Positions 1 to 12,659 of a DNA stretch of 64,000 nt are shown here, piece after piece (position 1 is the first letter of the stretch; every line of letters begins with the position of its first letter). The notes under the pieces were generated by a model. The model ran no database searches. It was not told where the DNA came from and was given only the letters and a program-made list of their open reading frames with translations. Source of the stretch: Raillietiella orientalis (taxonomy: Eukaryota); contig JAYWIR010000022.1 in the NCBI GenBank assembly GCA_036172245.1, positions 2,666,001 through 2,730,000 of the forward strand, in the 5' to 3' direction. Both the position numbers and the translations under genes were made by a program.

Positions 1-1050
1 ATTCCGGTTTCCGGCGCGAATTCTCGGGAGTTCTTTGAACTTCGAACCGGTCAGCTGGAAGCTCACAGTCCCGTTCGGCCTCCTCCTCCTCTTTCTCTTC
101 CCCTTCTCCGCTGCCCGCTGCTCCTCAGACCGACTGAGTCCTCTCCCGGGGAACCCAGATTTGACAGGAGGAGCGGAAGGGGGATGCCCTCGTCTCTCTC
201 CTTCCTCACGGGAAGTCGGGCGCCGTTCCGTGCCAGGACGCCACACTCTGCCGTCTTCTCCCGTTCGCCTTCCCCCCACCTCGAGCCACTTCGTTTGGTG
301 ATAGCATCCTCCCCTGGCAGCATGTGCCCGTCAAACGGCAACGGAATCCTCCGCGCTGAAGAAGCTCAGAGGGCATTTGGATTCTGTTTGAGGGGGGAGA
401 GCGTGGTCAAAAGGGTCGGCCCCCGAACATGAAGGCATTTTCTAATCCTACTCCTATTCCTCCTCTCAACACAGGAGCGCTCAGGAGATCAGCTGTCGCA
501 ATAATCCAATCGCTGCTTGCCCTCGAGCCATTCCCGCGCGGGAAGACGGTGAGGCTCGTCAAGGTCACCAGCGTCCTCCTCCTCCCTTCCGCTGCAAGCT
601 GCGGCACCTCTGATGCTTCCTGGCCAGCAGTGCGCGACTTGGTTGCACTCGAGGCTCCGGGGGAGGAGCGCAGGAAGAGAGGGGGTCCCGATATAGGGGG
701 TCGAAGGGGACCCGGTGGAGGAGTCAACCAGCGGACCTCGGGACACGGGAGGCACCTGGACCCGGCTGGGACATCCGATTTCCCTCCTCGGGAGGGTCAA
801 AAATCCTTTCTGGGGATGAAGGAGGAGGATTTGGAAACGGTGGAAACTGCTGCGGCAGAACCTCCTTCCTTTCCCTCCCCCAAACGGACTGCAGTGGACC
901 CTTCCGAGGATGAGGGAGGATGCACACGCGCATTCCGTCTGCCTCGCCGAATTCCCCTGCAAAAGGCGAGAGAGCTCGAAGGCCGGAGCAGGGGCAGGGA
1001 GCGAGACCTGCCGGTCTCGCTCCAACCCGGTCCCACCCTCCAGGAGCGCC
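1..1050 (-). mobile_element. Decayed AP-endonuclease region of an L1/Tx1-like ORF2
   Basis: Across frameshifts, motifs occur in APE order: SWRV.G (SWNV.G, 1045), LAF/LQ (FLQE), GGSAAAV, AGDLDEP (GDFN), RSRI (SRID), PFDGH (SDH). Each is degenerate. Confidence 0.4.
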
Positions 1051-1502
1051 GCTATCTCGCGCCGAGAGGAAAGGGGGATCCCCCACCCTGGTTCGTTCGC
1101 GGGAGGAGCACCATGCAGCGGCAGCGGCTCCTCATCCTTGCAGAAGAAAGGGGAAGGGGAGAAGAGCATTTCCCCGATCTCCCGTTTGACCGAGTCCTCC
1201 CGACGCAGGGATCGCCGCGCTCTTTCGAGGGAGTGGCAGATTCCGGACGTCGGTACCGGGGGAGGGGTTAAGGGGAATATTCTCGTCGCTACTCCCTCAC
1301 CCCCCACCCCTCGCAGGGAACCGCGACGCTTACCCGCTTCCGGTAGCAGATCCGCTGGGTCATCCAAGAGATATGCGCCTCCGCTGCTCCGGCCGCCGGC
1401 TGTGGGGGCTCGCGCCGGCATCCAGGAGTCCTGTAGGAAGGGAGCGCTGAAGTGGCGGCCGGGCGGAGGAAGAGGATGGGGGAGGGGTGCGGCGCCACGT
1501 AC

Positions 1503-2190
1503 CTCCAGGAGGGTCTCTTGGCACGGACCGCCAGTTCCGCGGGGGAGGGCGATGGACCTGGGCGTGTCGTAGATCGGAAACGCCGCCTTCGGCACGTCGT
1601 ACACCGCCGCCTCGACGTGGGAGCCCTCGTTGGCGTAGGTGGGCTCTGCCGCTGCCCGCTGCCCCCACCTGGAGGGGTGGACGCGGTCCCCCGCGTTGTC
1701 GTCGCCGCCGCTCTCCTCTTCGGGCGACCGGCAGCCTCCGGAGCGGCGCGCGGGACGCCCGCGCGCGTCCGGCCCCTGGCAGCGGCAACGGAAGCGCGAG
1801 CAGCAGCAGCACCTTGCGGGGGGTCGCCTCTGCTGCTGCCCTGGAGGCGGCGCGACCGCCTCGTATGGGTTCTCGGGGCTGTCGGCGGAGGCGCCGTCGA
1901 CCGCATCTGCGTCGTCCATCCCAGGCGCTGCGGCGGCGCGGCGGTCACTCCGTGCGCCGCGCTGTCCTCGCCGCTGCTGCTGCTGCTGCTGCCGGCGACG
2001 AGGACGGCGGGTTCGCGAAAGCTGGGCCCCTCGTGGAGTGCTCGCTGCCTCTGGCGACGCGCGCAGCGTGTCGGTGGCGTGGCCCCGTGGCGGCTGCGAT
2101 TGCGATACGGAGCCCTCGACGGCGCAGGCACCCGTTTGGAGCAGCACGCGAGTTTCCTTGCCTGCTCCTCCTTCGCCTCGAGGTTCATCT
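1503..2190 (-). CDS. Internal coding exon of an unidentified gene; low-complexity segment with Tyr docking motifs
   Basis: Acceptor CCTTTCCTTCCAG (AG at 2192-2191) and donor GAG|GTACGT (GT at 1502-1501) bracket an open frame (part of ORF 489..2147) encoding ENPYEAV, RCCCCSRFRCRC, EPTYAN, AVYDVPK, PIYDTPR. Confidence 0.6.
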
Positions 2191-2287
2191 CTGGAAGGAA
2201 AGGATGCGTTGCCCGAATCTGCCCAAATACCCCTGCTCTCTCGCTCTCTCTCCCCCCAAATTAAATGAAATGAGAGGGAAAGTGAGC

Positions 2288-2314
2288 ATATATATATATA
2301 TATATATATATATA
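2288..2314. repeat. (AT)n microsatellite
   Basis: Uninterrupted AT dinucleotide run, followed by TGACGTCA at 2320-2327. Confidence 0.95.
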
Positions 2315-2329
2315 CCTGCTGACGTCACC

Positions 2330-3900
2330 GCGAGGGCGCGAACGTGGACCTCGTGCCCCCAATCCCTCCTCCACCGCCTGGCGCTTAGCAAAATGAGACA
2401 GGGATTGGATCCAGGAGCCCACAGCAGTGTTGGAAAGGGCGTCTGGGCTCCTCCCGTGCCCAGCTCCTCCGGCGGTGCCCCTCGCCTGCCCACTAGAGCT
2501 CCTCCGGTCGACCGTCTTCTCGAGCTGTTGCTGGAAGGAAGGACGGCGCGCCAACGCCCCCGGGAGGGCAGAGTCTGCGCCTGAAGCGAAATGCCTCTCC
2601 TTCAGGCGCCACCATCTCTTCTCCAGGGAGTACTGAGAGCGAGGAGCGCCCGCGAAAATCCACTGCCCGTCGTCCGGTAGGCGCTCCTGGGAAGGACCAA
2701 TGTGGATGGCCTTGGAGGCGTACTACAAAGATGCCGAGTGGAGTAACTGCGCGTGGGACTAGAGGTCGGTAGAGGCGGAGTGGGGGACTCCCTGTGAACC
2801 CAAGAGAGGAGGAGGAGCGGTATGGTCGAATCACAACAAGGTCAGGCGCTCTCGTCAGCCTGCTCTGCCCTACTGAGACCGCAAACTCGCGCGCGCAGCC
2901 CATTGCCATGGAGACCCTTCTCTGCCTTCAGATAAGCCCTCCATTCTTCCCTCCTACCCTGGGACCTTGCCACCTTTCCTCTGGTCCGTGCGTTCCCCCC
3001 TCCTCTCCTCCTCTCCACTGCTTGGGGTTGGATTTGCCATGCAGCAGTACATCCGCGCGTGGAGAGACGTCCGAACGTAGGGACGTCCGTCCAGACACGC
3101 GCTCCACCGACCGGTTGTAGAGAGAGGTGGATGGCAGTAGGGATCGTCAGACAGGACAGGATCTTCTAGTTTCCGAAAGGAGGGATGAATCCGAGGAATG
3201 GAAGCTGCGGAGGGGGAGTGTCCAGCAGAGGGCAGGCGCGCAACTTGCCGTCATCAAGCCCTCTCCACCGTCTGGAACAGGGAAGGCCGAGTGCGGCTGC
3301 GAAGTCTCGCCGCTGGAGAGCCTTCTGCTCCTCTCCGAAGCGGATCAGCAGGTGTGCGTGGAACATCCAGCGCCCCTGGGTAGAGAAGCGATTCTTCTCC
3401 ACGGTGGGGTACGAACTCTCAAAGGATCTACCCCGAGCCGCTCCACGAAAGTCCTCGTGCCCTTCTTCCCCCCATCTCCGCTTACGAGGGAGATAGCACG
3501 TGCTCTTCCTTTGGCATAAGAAGCTGCATCCCTGCCAGCTCCGACGCCACGGAGCTCAGAGGACCCTCTGAGCCGTTTCCCCGTTCACCCCTCCGTGAGA
3601 GCCCGATCCACGAGTCGGGATGCCGCCTCTCTGTCGTTTCACCTGCGGGCCGTCGATGTTGCTCGCGAGGATTCGGTCGGGCGAGACGGAAGGAGAGGGA
3701 GAGGGAGGTAGGAGGAGCAGATACCGGAACGCGTTCGCCGCCGCCAGCAGAGGCGGTTGCGAGGGGCTTCGCCCGCGTACAGAGCGAAGCGCGCGCCTCT
3801 CCTGGCAGGAAAACCTGCAGAGAGAAGAGGACTGCTTCTGCTGAGCGGGGCTGCTACGGCCTCTCATCCGCCCTCACTGCTGCCCGTTCCTCGGCTTGCC
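2330..3900 (-). mobile_element. GC-rich retroelement ORF1/5' remnant (tentative)
   Basis: Decayed zinc-knuckle-like SLSHFAK near 2400; similar in character to the blocks at 5430-6600 and 17530-18260. Confidence 0.22.
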
Positions 3901-5429
3901 GTAAAAGATGGACATCTTTGATTCCCGTGCTCTCTAGCATGATGGGGATCACTCGCAGGATGCGCGCGGGGGTGAAGCCTCGTTGCATCGCTTTCCAGGA
4001 CTTCTCGTCCTGGAGAAGTTGGCCTCTCCTCCTGGTTGACCCCTCTGCCGTGTTTCCCCAAGCGAAACGTACGTGACCCATTGCTCCCAATCCGTGACCC
4101 ATGTGTGCCCAACGAAAGGGCTCGAAGCAGCAATCAGAGAATGGATCTGCAAACCGCCTACCGACTCTTGGAACGTGGCAACAATGCAAAGGGAAACAAT
4201 GCGGTGGGCAACAATGCGATAGGTAACAGCCCGACGAAGGGCGCATCCTCTGGGGAAACGAGCAACCGTTCCGCACTACCGGAATCACGTGGAATTGGGT
4301 TTGCTGCTACTCTTTCACGATGAGGAAAATCTGCTCCAGATAGACACAGTCCATCGGTATAAAAACGGCGTGTGGAGTGGCGTATTTTGTGGAGTATGCA
4401 TCGCATCTCCATATCATCATCGTTGTCGCGGCCTTGATCACAATCAGCTGCAGCTGATTCGTATTACTCGTTCGCGCTTCAATGTAATACAAAGTTTTGA
4501 CTCCTCATGAAGCAGTTGGCGCGTATATACACTGAACTAGGAGCAGTCCAATATACATATCAGTGTTTTTGCGCCACATTATTGTTTAGTCATGTACACG
4601 AAAATTTAGGAGATCAGGAGCAGGAGCTCAGGAAGACATGTCAGTGTATTGCACGGTATCGTGTGATGCAATCCGTACACGTGTACATTCAGCATGCAAA
4701 GTCAGATCTACTCTCATCCCCATTCATTTCTGGAACATTCCGGCATTATATTGACTGGACCGCAATGCGAGGATTTCTAAAGGAAGGAAAAGCCCCCATC
4801 CTCCTTTTCTCCTCCTTTCACCTTTTTCTTTTGAAAAATGAAATGGAAGGTGCTGTACTTTACGGTAAATCATATTATTAGGTTGCCTATACAGGCCAAC
4901 GTATTGCTAAGAGCGTGAGTTGGATCGACGCTAAGCGAAGACACCGTGACCGACTCACGGGCGAACCGGTGAATTCTCTCACATCAAAGCCGGGATGCTC
5001 CTCCGAGACATTGATGGCCTCCGCTGAGGAATACGCGCCGTGGGGGATGCAAAACTTCGGAAATGGCTCGAAAGTATCCGAAGCAGGCGAGATTCCTGCG
5101 TGCTGTCGTATCCTCCTTTCGCCTTCCTCTCTGGGGAGCTCCACGCGTGCTTCTCCCCGCAAGCGCGGTTCAGCAACGGTGCGCTGTTGGCTCATCCATG
5201 CCACCAATGCAGCTGGTTGCCCCACGTCGCAGACAGGCTCGGATTGGAACTGCCATCAGAGAGGAGAGGCTTTGAAGATCCCTACGAGCGTTGGTGGACG
5301 CAGGCGGAGGCAAAATCTCTGCAGCGGTGGGCAGGGACCACTTCTGCGAAGCCGGACTCCACCTCTTGAGTCGTCCTCCGGGACCTCAGTAGGTGACTCC
5401 TCCTCTCCGCCTCATCGAGAGCCGTGATC

Positions 5430-6600
5430 CGGGGACCCCCTTCGCGCAGACTCCTCTCTCTTTGTTGCGGCGTTTCGAGGTGGAAGTGGACAAGGCTTTT
5501 GTTTCCTAGGTGTTCCCTAGGAGGATGCCGGACGTCGCCAACCCGGGGCTGTGCGCAGCTTTCTTCTCAAGTCACCTTCTCCCACCATCGTAACTCATCC
5601 GTCCACTCGGACTCCTCTCGGGTCCATCCTCCTGCTGGATCGACTCTCCCTTTCCTCGCCGTCATCTGCAGACGCCGAGGCGAAAATTCCCTGCTGCAGG
5701 TCGACGCAGCAACTTCGCGGCCCCAAGTGGGCACCAAAAGAGCAGGCAAGGCACTCGCCGCTGCCCTTCCCCCCACTCCCCATGCCTCCTGGAAGAAGAG
5801 GAGACCCCTCTTCGGACCACTTTGCCCCCAGCAGGTACCCAGTATTTGCCTTCCGGTTTCCCGGGAACTGAAAGGCAGAGGTCAGCAGGTGCAGGGAGTT
5901 GTGCCTGAGGGGAAGAGAGCAGGTTGCAGAGCTAGGGCCAGGAAGGGACTCGAGTCTATCCAATGGGCGGCAGGGAGAGAGGCGCGTGGGGACTCTCGGA
6001 ATCGCCTCTCAGGGAAGTCCTCAGTGACCTGAGCGAAAAGGGAATCGAGACCCTGGGGTAGTCTTCAGGGTTCCTCAAGGGACACTGGCACCCTCGCCTT
6101 TCCCTCTCCCTCCCTTCCCCCCACGCTCACCGACTCGCAGATGCAATTTTCCCTGCTCTCCTCATGCCTCGTTTCTTCCGTATGCCAGCTAGGGTTCCAG
6201 CCTCCACAGAGCAGTGGCGTGCTCCCGAGCGGATGACGCGTCGCTAAGAGGGACGGGGAAGACAGGAAGGAAGGATAGGCGGGCTGGGACCACGGAGCCT
6301 CCGTGGTACTGTCCCGAGGACGCGGCCGGCAGCCCGCGCAGATCTCGCCGCCGTCGTCCGTGGCGGGGAGGATTTCAAGGTCGTCTCTCGCGCGCATCCC
6401 AAGAGGCAGCGCCCGCGCGAGGCATCCGCCTCCGCCTAGCGTGGGTGCTGCCCTCCTCTTCTACGTAGCGACGCTTTCGATGACGTCAGCGGCCGGTTCG
6501 CGCGCGCGCCGCTATGGTAGATCAGCGGCGCACGCGCGGGAGCAGCCGACCGATGCTCCCCGGGCGCGATGTCCCCTCCCCAAAGAGACGAGTAGAGAAA
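5430..6600 (-). mobile_element. Retroelement ORF1 (gag-like) remnant
   Basis: GPRSCCVDLQQGIFASAS resembles the Tx1 ORF1 QPRxCxxCxxxGHxAxxC knuckle. Confidence 0.3.
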
Positions 6601-8779
6601 CTCCTGCGAGCCCCCTTTGCCTGTCTTGGGGGGTGGGGGATTCCGTCTCCTTCTTTTAACCCTCCTCTTGTTACCCTTCCTCCTTCTTCCCAGGCATGGG
6701 GAGGCCGAAAGGGCCTCTGGAGAAGTGGCAGCACCCAAGGACTCCCTCAGAGCGCTTATGACCTCAAAACACCTCCGCGCGAAGTATTTCGGCCCGAGAC
6801 GCGCAACTGGCTGGCACCGGAGGAGGCTGAGAAGGAGAGAGTCCCTGGACAGAGCTGAGAGGCTCCCTGCGGCGAGGGGATCCAACCCCTCAAAGGCGAA
6901 CACTGAGAGGCGTAGCCTGGCTCGAGGATCTCTGGATCGACTGCGTCCCATCCCGAGGAAGAGCCCTCCCACACCACCCCATCTTGCCTCCGCCACCTCT
7001 TCACATCCCCCACCACCGCTTGGAGTGTCATCCTTACGTGTTTCGCCATCTCTTTGCCGTGTCACCATTGTCCTCATCGTTCCTGCTCTCCTTTTTGCAG
7101 CCTCTACCACGTCGAATCACTTCTTCGTCGTTTCTACCACAGGTCCCCACGCTTCCCGGGGGTCCGCGTTGTCTTCAGCACGTCCTCACGAGGGCCAGCT
7201 ACTCTTAGCACCTCTTCACTACTACCGTGCCGCTACCAACCTCACGTCATCTTAAAGCTGCCTCGACCACCCCCTACCGACCGACATCCACCCGGAAGAG
7301 AAACCTGCGATCATCGGTCCTCCGCCCCACCCTCACCTCCTCTTTCCCTTTCGACCGCGTCCTGCCGAGAAAAGAAAGGAGAGAACGGCGACTTCCCGTC
7401 TGCGGTCGCTGGAGACCACCTTCTGCCAGAACGCCGCCTCCTTGCAGCCCCGTCCATCCGGGAAAGAGGGGCGACTTCCACTCCGCTCTACCACCGGGAC
7501 CCCCACGGCTCTGCACACACACCCCGGCGCCCGCGAGCGAGCGGAGGAGGGGAAAAAACGGGAGGATGCACTCCCGTGGTCCCTACAGATGCCGGGGACG
7601 TCCGGACGATCGCATCCGCCACCGCCGGGGGACGAACGGGGGGAAGGGAAGCCGCCCAGCTCGCACACCCAGCCTCCAGTCCGGAGGGTTTCTCCCTGCA
7701 GCCGTCGTGGTTGCGGGAATGGGGTCGCGCCGCCGCTCTCAGGAACCGAAGGCTCGAGGTTTCCAGGGACGCGGGAGAAGATGGAGGGGGGGATCCCTCT
7801 CCTTCCGGGCAGCGTCACCTCCGGCGAGTGTGCCCGCCGCTGGCTCTCCCCCGAAGCATCGTGTCGCGTGCTTTGCCGTGGCTGCAGCGTCCCTCCCTGC
7901 CCTTCCCCCCACCCACCCTTGCCCCCCTCCTTGCTCAGAACGCATCGCCTAGGGCAAACTCCCCGATCCGATCACAACGGCAGGAAGCGGCGGTAGGCAT
8001 CCCGGGACTCGCGGCTGGAGGAGAAACGCCCCCCTCCCTCCCCAGAGAGGGCGTCGGCTGACTGGTCTCCGGAAGGGACTCCTCTAAGCGGTTCCGGAGA
8101 GCGACCTTCCCCAGAACTCTCCTCCGCACTTCATGATCCCCATGACCTCACCTCGTTCACCTTGAAGAGAATCCTCAGCAGCTCTCCGAAGACACCCATG
8201 CTGCTGGCTGGCGCATTCGCTCCTGCGCCGCCGCTGCCGCCGTCGGGAGCATCAATGGCCCCCCAGGGCGGGGTTCCAGGCAGGGGGGAAGCGCAGCACG
8301 CAGTGAGGGCCTCGCTATTAATACACTGCCCTGCTGCTGCCGCCGCCGCCACTGCCGAGAGGGAACTGCTCCCGCCTGCTGCCTCCTGGAGGAGGCAAAC
8401 GGGAGGCGACCCGACTCCTGCCTCCTCTGACCCGCCGTCAACAGGAGGAAACGAGGAACCAGCCGATTTCGCAGCCGAGGAAAAAGGACGAGTAGGTGCA
8501 CTCCGGCTCGCCCTCGTTTAGTGCCCACCCCCCTGCAAGCGAAGGGTCCTCCATGCCTTTTGCAGCCCATGAGCTCTCCATCTCCAGGCTGCCTCGGCTT
8601 CTTCTCACCCAGGGCCTTCTGGGACGACCTGGGGGCTCCTCCAGCTGCTTCCCCGCTGTACCCTGAGGAAGAGCCTCGATCTCCGCTGTCCTTAAGCGTC
8701 CGGCCGTCTCGAAGGACAATCCCTAGTCGCCGCGTGCCTCTGGGAGGCGATTTAGAAGGGAACAGATCCCACCCATCTT

Positions 8780-9570
8780 CTTGATGCTCTGGGGAGCTCT
8801 TACCAACTGCCAAAGGGGGGGAGGAACACTGATCAGGGGGCTGCCTCAGGCGCTGGGAGTTGCCTCGCGTTCTCATAGAGAGTGGAGAGTGCGCGTGCCT
8901 CCACAGCAAACACGGAAAGGGGATGAAGAAAGAAGTACCAGGACGAAGGTCTCTTCAGGAGGGGAAGGGTGGAAGAAAGAGGGATCAGGAGGAAAAGGAG
9001 GATGGCGAAGAGGAAGAAGTGGAGGCTCTGGCACTCAGGAGCTTCTGCGCTTGGCGCCAGGCAGCAGTCGAGCCAGTTCCTGGCAGAGCCACCCTCTCCC
9101 GAAAGCGCTCCCTGGAAGCGTGCTGCAGCGGGAATCTCCTAGACACTCAGGGATCCCTTGGAGCTGGCGATCCAGATGAGGGACCCTCAAGCGCAGTGGA
9201 GGAGGAACTATTTGGCGGCAGGACGAGGTTCCATGAGAATATTTAAGGACCAGTGTGGTCCTCGGAGATTGGGTTCCACTGGTCCTCGGAGTGGTGGAGG
9301 GGCGGCGGCTCCGATGGTGAGAACCAGCAGAATGGTCTAGAGGACAACCGCTTCGTGACGCCTCGGCTCGGTCCCACCCCATGGGATCCTGCTATGGGGT
9401 CGGAAATGCCCTGCGGAATGGCAGCCGCCCGAATCGCAATCTGTCTCGACGGGAGGTCGCGCGAGCAGAGCACGCCCCCCGGCTACTGGCGAGAGTGCTT
9501 ACTACGCGAAAGGGGAGCTGCTGGTCAGTCCTGAAGAAACCGAAGTTCGGAGGAGAGAGACAGCCTCAGA
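8780..9570 (+). mobile_element. Decayed AP-endonuclease of an L1/Tx1-like element
   Basis: LTNCQRG (N-terminus), PGRA, VVLGDW at 9255-9272 (GDFN) and ARIAICL near 9430 (SRID), in the expected order. Confidence 0.4.
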
Positions 9571-9989
9571 TAAGAGGTGGTGGTCTCCGGCGACACCCAG
9601 CGACGCTGCCTCCTGACGGACCACCGGGAGCCATCGGATGGTTCGTCGGCAGTGAATGCACGCCCTAAAGATGACGCCGGACGAGCTGCCTGATAAAGCT
9701 CAAAAACCGTCAAGAAGGCAGAGAATTTCCACCCCAGGTAATGCTGCTGTTAACTGGTGTCGCTCCTTGGTGAAAGCCCCACCTCGGAGCGCGTACTCTG
9801 GCGACGTCGGATGGGCCACCTGAGCTGAAAGAAATCCCAAAGCATCACAGTTCCCCCTTCCCACACGAGGTAGGGTTGAGGATAGGAGGCAGCCTGAGGA
9901 GAAGGTGGAAACTACCTTTCCTCTCTTTCGTTTATTTATATCCTCCCCGCTCCCTCGAAAAGTGAGTTCGAGACAGCAAACAACAAAAG

Positions 9990-10900
9990 TGGCCGAGAGA
10001 GGTTAAGGGTGTTCAGCGTATCAGCGTCCCCTGGGATACGGGAACCATAATCAACAAGATGATCATGGAGGAATGCGAGCGACTATCGAGCAGCGCGGTC
10101 ATCCACGCACGGCGAGTCATGGTATACAAAAGGAAATGGGAGAGGAGGATAACCCACAGAACGCGTGAGCTTTCGCAAGAGCAAGGCACTTAGTGGTCCA
10201 GGGTGAACTCCCAAGCAAACAACTAAGGATGCCAGAAAACGCCGCACCGTCCGCAGCGATGGGGCGCAGGCTAGGCAATGCTGTTCTCAATACCCAGGCA
10301 ATCGGGACGGTCCTCTGGAGATCTTCCCTGACGCCAGACATTCAGGATTGCCTCTTGTTGTTCTACCACGGAGGCATTCTGGACTGCACGGAGGTTCCAG
10401 CACTGGACTGGGAACCCAGAAGACGACCAATGTCTCGCTTGCGGGTCGATCGAAGACACGACCTGCACATCTACACCTTCCAAACCCTCGTCCGGGACTG
10501 GAGAGTGTCGAGGCGGGTGGTGGAGATGGACGACACGCCGACGCTGGAGATCCTGAGAAGACTCTTCGAAGGAGAAGACGACGTTCCTCGCTACAACCCC
10601 ACCTGCTGCGGGTGATCGTCGCCTTCTTCCTGAGAAGCATCCCCATCAGGACCAAACTGACTCATGGACACGTGTGCAATGTCCGGGATCTTTTATCAGG
10701 ACTCCTGAAAAAGGAGATAAACATCCGGTAATGCGGAAGACCGCCATCTTGGACCCTCCTGCATTACCTCAGGATACTCCACTACGCGGTCAGGACGGCG
10801 TAGTGTCGTGCTCGCGCGGGCCACAATGAAGATTGGTTGCTTGGTGTAGTGTGAATGAATTTTTGGATACATTCACTCCACCGCTTGTCGGACTGTAGAA
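9990..10900 (+). mobile_element. Family A L1/Tx1-like 3' fragment (zf-RVT/CCHC C-terminus plus 3' end)
   Basis: LWRSSLTPDIQDCLLLFYHGGIL...HIYTF..LVRDW...LFEGEDDVPRYNP; highly similar to 28900-29600; ends in the conserved hairpin at 10871-10900. Confidence 0.8.
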
Positions 10901-11299
10901 AAGAGGTTGAAGGCACCTCGGTTTTCTATCTGAGCTGACCTTCTTCGAAGGCAGAAACTTCCCGCCACCATACGAACGGTTTCAAGGTCCTCCAACGAAA
11001 ACTCATACCCATGTGTAGAGCTTGATCACGAAAAGGAAGGGATGACCGGACAAGTCCGAATCCGTTCTTTCTTTCTGTGGTTCCATAGTTCCACGCCTCC
11101 GGGTTTCGTGGCGGCTGGGTTGACCCGCAGTCCCGAACACACTTTTCAAGACTAAAGCTTCGAACCGCAGTGTCTAACTATGCCCTCGCCTTGCCGAGGA
11201 CTACCACCACCTCCTCACTCAAGCGTCCATCGAGATGACTGAAACGTAAAGAAAATGGAGAATTCATGGATCATCCCTTTCTTGAACACACCTTTATGC

Positions 11300-11800
11300 A
11301 GTTCCAAACCTCCTGGGTATATCTAGCAGTTCAGGGTCACATAAGAGACCTTGACGAAAGCTAAAAACACGCATAGGGCCGCAGCGATTGTCAATCCTCC
11401 TGCTAGGGGAGCAGACTTTTGGAAAGCCATCCTGCTACCATAATGATCCTCTTGTGCTTTATCATGGTAAGATCCTGAGTAGCTGAAGGATCCGACGCCA
11501 CACTGGTAATCGAATACTGGATTCCTCATGGCAAGGAGAGAGCATCAGAGGTCATCAGTCTGAACTCTCACACGTGATTGGAAATTGGTGCGGCAAGCAA
11601 CCGACCGGCAAAGCAGGACAAAGTTAGGAGCCTAGAGTGCCTCACTCTCTAGAGAAGGAGCTATCCGTGCTGCTGTCCGGCACAATCCGGTGGTAACTGC
11701 AGCTATCTCCGTCTTCGTGAGGATCACCCTGGTAAGAAGCTCATTAAACCGCTAGGAGGATGAGAGAGCAGCTGCCAGTAACATCACGACAGATCTTATG
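11300..11800 (+). mobile_element. Family A 3' fragment, highly decayed
   Basis: LVLYHGKILSS*RIRRHTGN, TLTRDWKLVRQATD and HNPVVTAAISVF align with the other family A copies. Confidence 0.65.
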
Positions 11801-12299
11801 CTGAAAAAGGAAAAGGGCAACCCGAGGTCCAGCAGCCAGCATCACTGCTGATTATGTTCTCATCGCCACACTCTCCAGTCTCCCTCGCGCTCATAACCTT
11901 TTTCACATCCAAAGTTTGCCGCCTTCGTGTCAACCCACTTCTTACCGAGCTAAGAATTCTTCCGCTTACCTGATTCAACGAATTTTGTTCTCGTCCAACA
12001 CTGAATCGATCTTTGGAAAAGCTTCGTCGTCTGTATTGCATATTATTGCACTTTTCCCTGCTGCAATTTCTTTTCTGCGTACAAAGGAAAGGCGGAAATT
12101 TTATTTTATTGCCGCGTACAAAGTCTTTAGCTAGCCCCTCTCCAAAGAAACTCTCATCATTGGCATGCCACATTGCTTACAGTAATCCTTCGGTGGAACT
12201 CTTTGATGACTCGAGTCTTGCAGCTGCCTGACTTGGAGCAAAAACGTTCATTCCCTCTGCAACCAAGCTGTAAGCAAGGCCATCAATAATTGGCTGCTC

Positions 12300-12570
12300 T
12301 GGGTTTTTCACCCGGATAAGCCGGGGCTTTTATTTTTAAAAGTCTACATTATTTGTTATATTTAAGTTTAGTCTTTTGGGCATTGCTTCTTCCAGAGCAC
12401 CTGGTTCTGGCAGTGTTTTTTCACTTGTCCTTACCGACCCGCTGGCCGGTGTGGCACTCTCCACAGGCGAAAGGGACGGGAAAACCAAAGAAAAAAAAAA
12501 GCAAAAACGGCGGGGGGACAAAGTTTTATGGGGTGGGGAGGGTGCTCCGGGTAAGCAAGGAGCAACTCCT
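12300..12570 (-). mobile_element. Short retroelement 3'-UTR fragment
   Basis: U-rich tract, then AATAAA and a perfect CCCGG-CTTAT-CCGGG hairpin (12325-12311). Confidence 0.55.
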
Positions 12571-12659
12571 TGTTTTCATTTTCTGAGAAATTGTGAAACA
12601 AATACCCAGTTTCGAATATGTATATCCATAAGAATTTCAACATTCTCCGTAGCCTGACG

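Noticed and set aside
489..2584. Long overlapping ORFs (552, 365, 299, 280, 270 aa) as complete genes
   Set aside because: High GC suppresses stop codons; only 2190-1503 has splice sites and meaningful motifs.
4330..4560. RTE-like endonuclease (VQCIYAPT, minus strand)
   Set aside because: One motif only; the others are not recognisable.
6436..8909. Several 200-335 aa Pro/Arg/Gly-rich ORFs
   Set aside because: No recognisable domain; they overlap on both strands in GC-rich repeat DNA.
11095..11220. tRNA on the minus strand (GGTTCGAAG)
   Set aside because: No cloverleaf can be formed.
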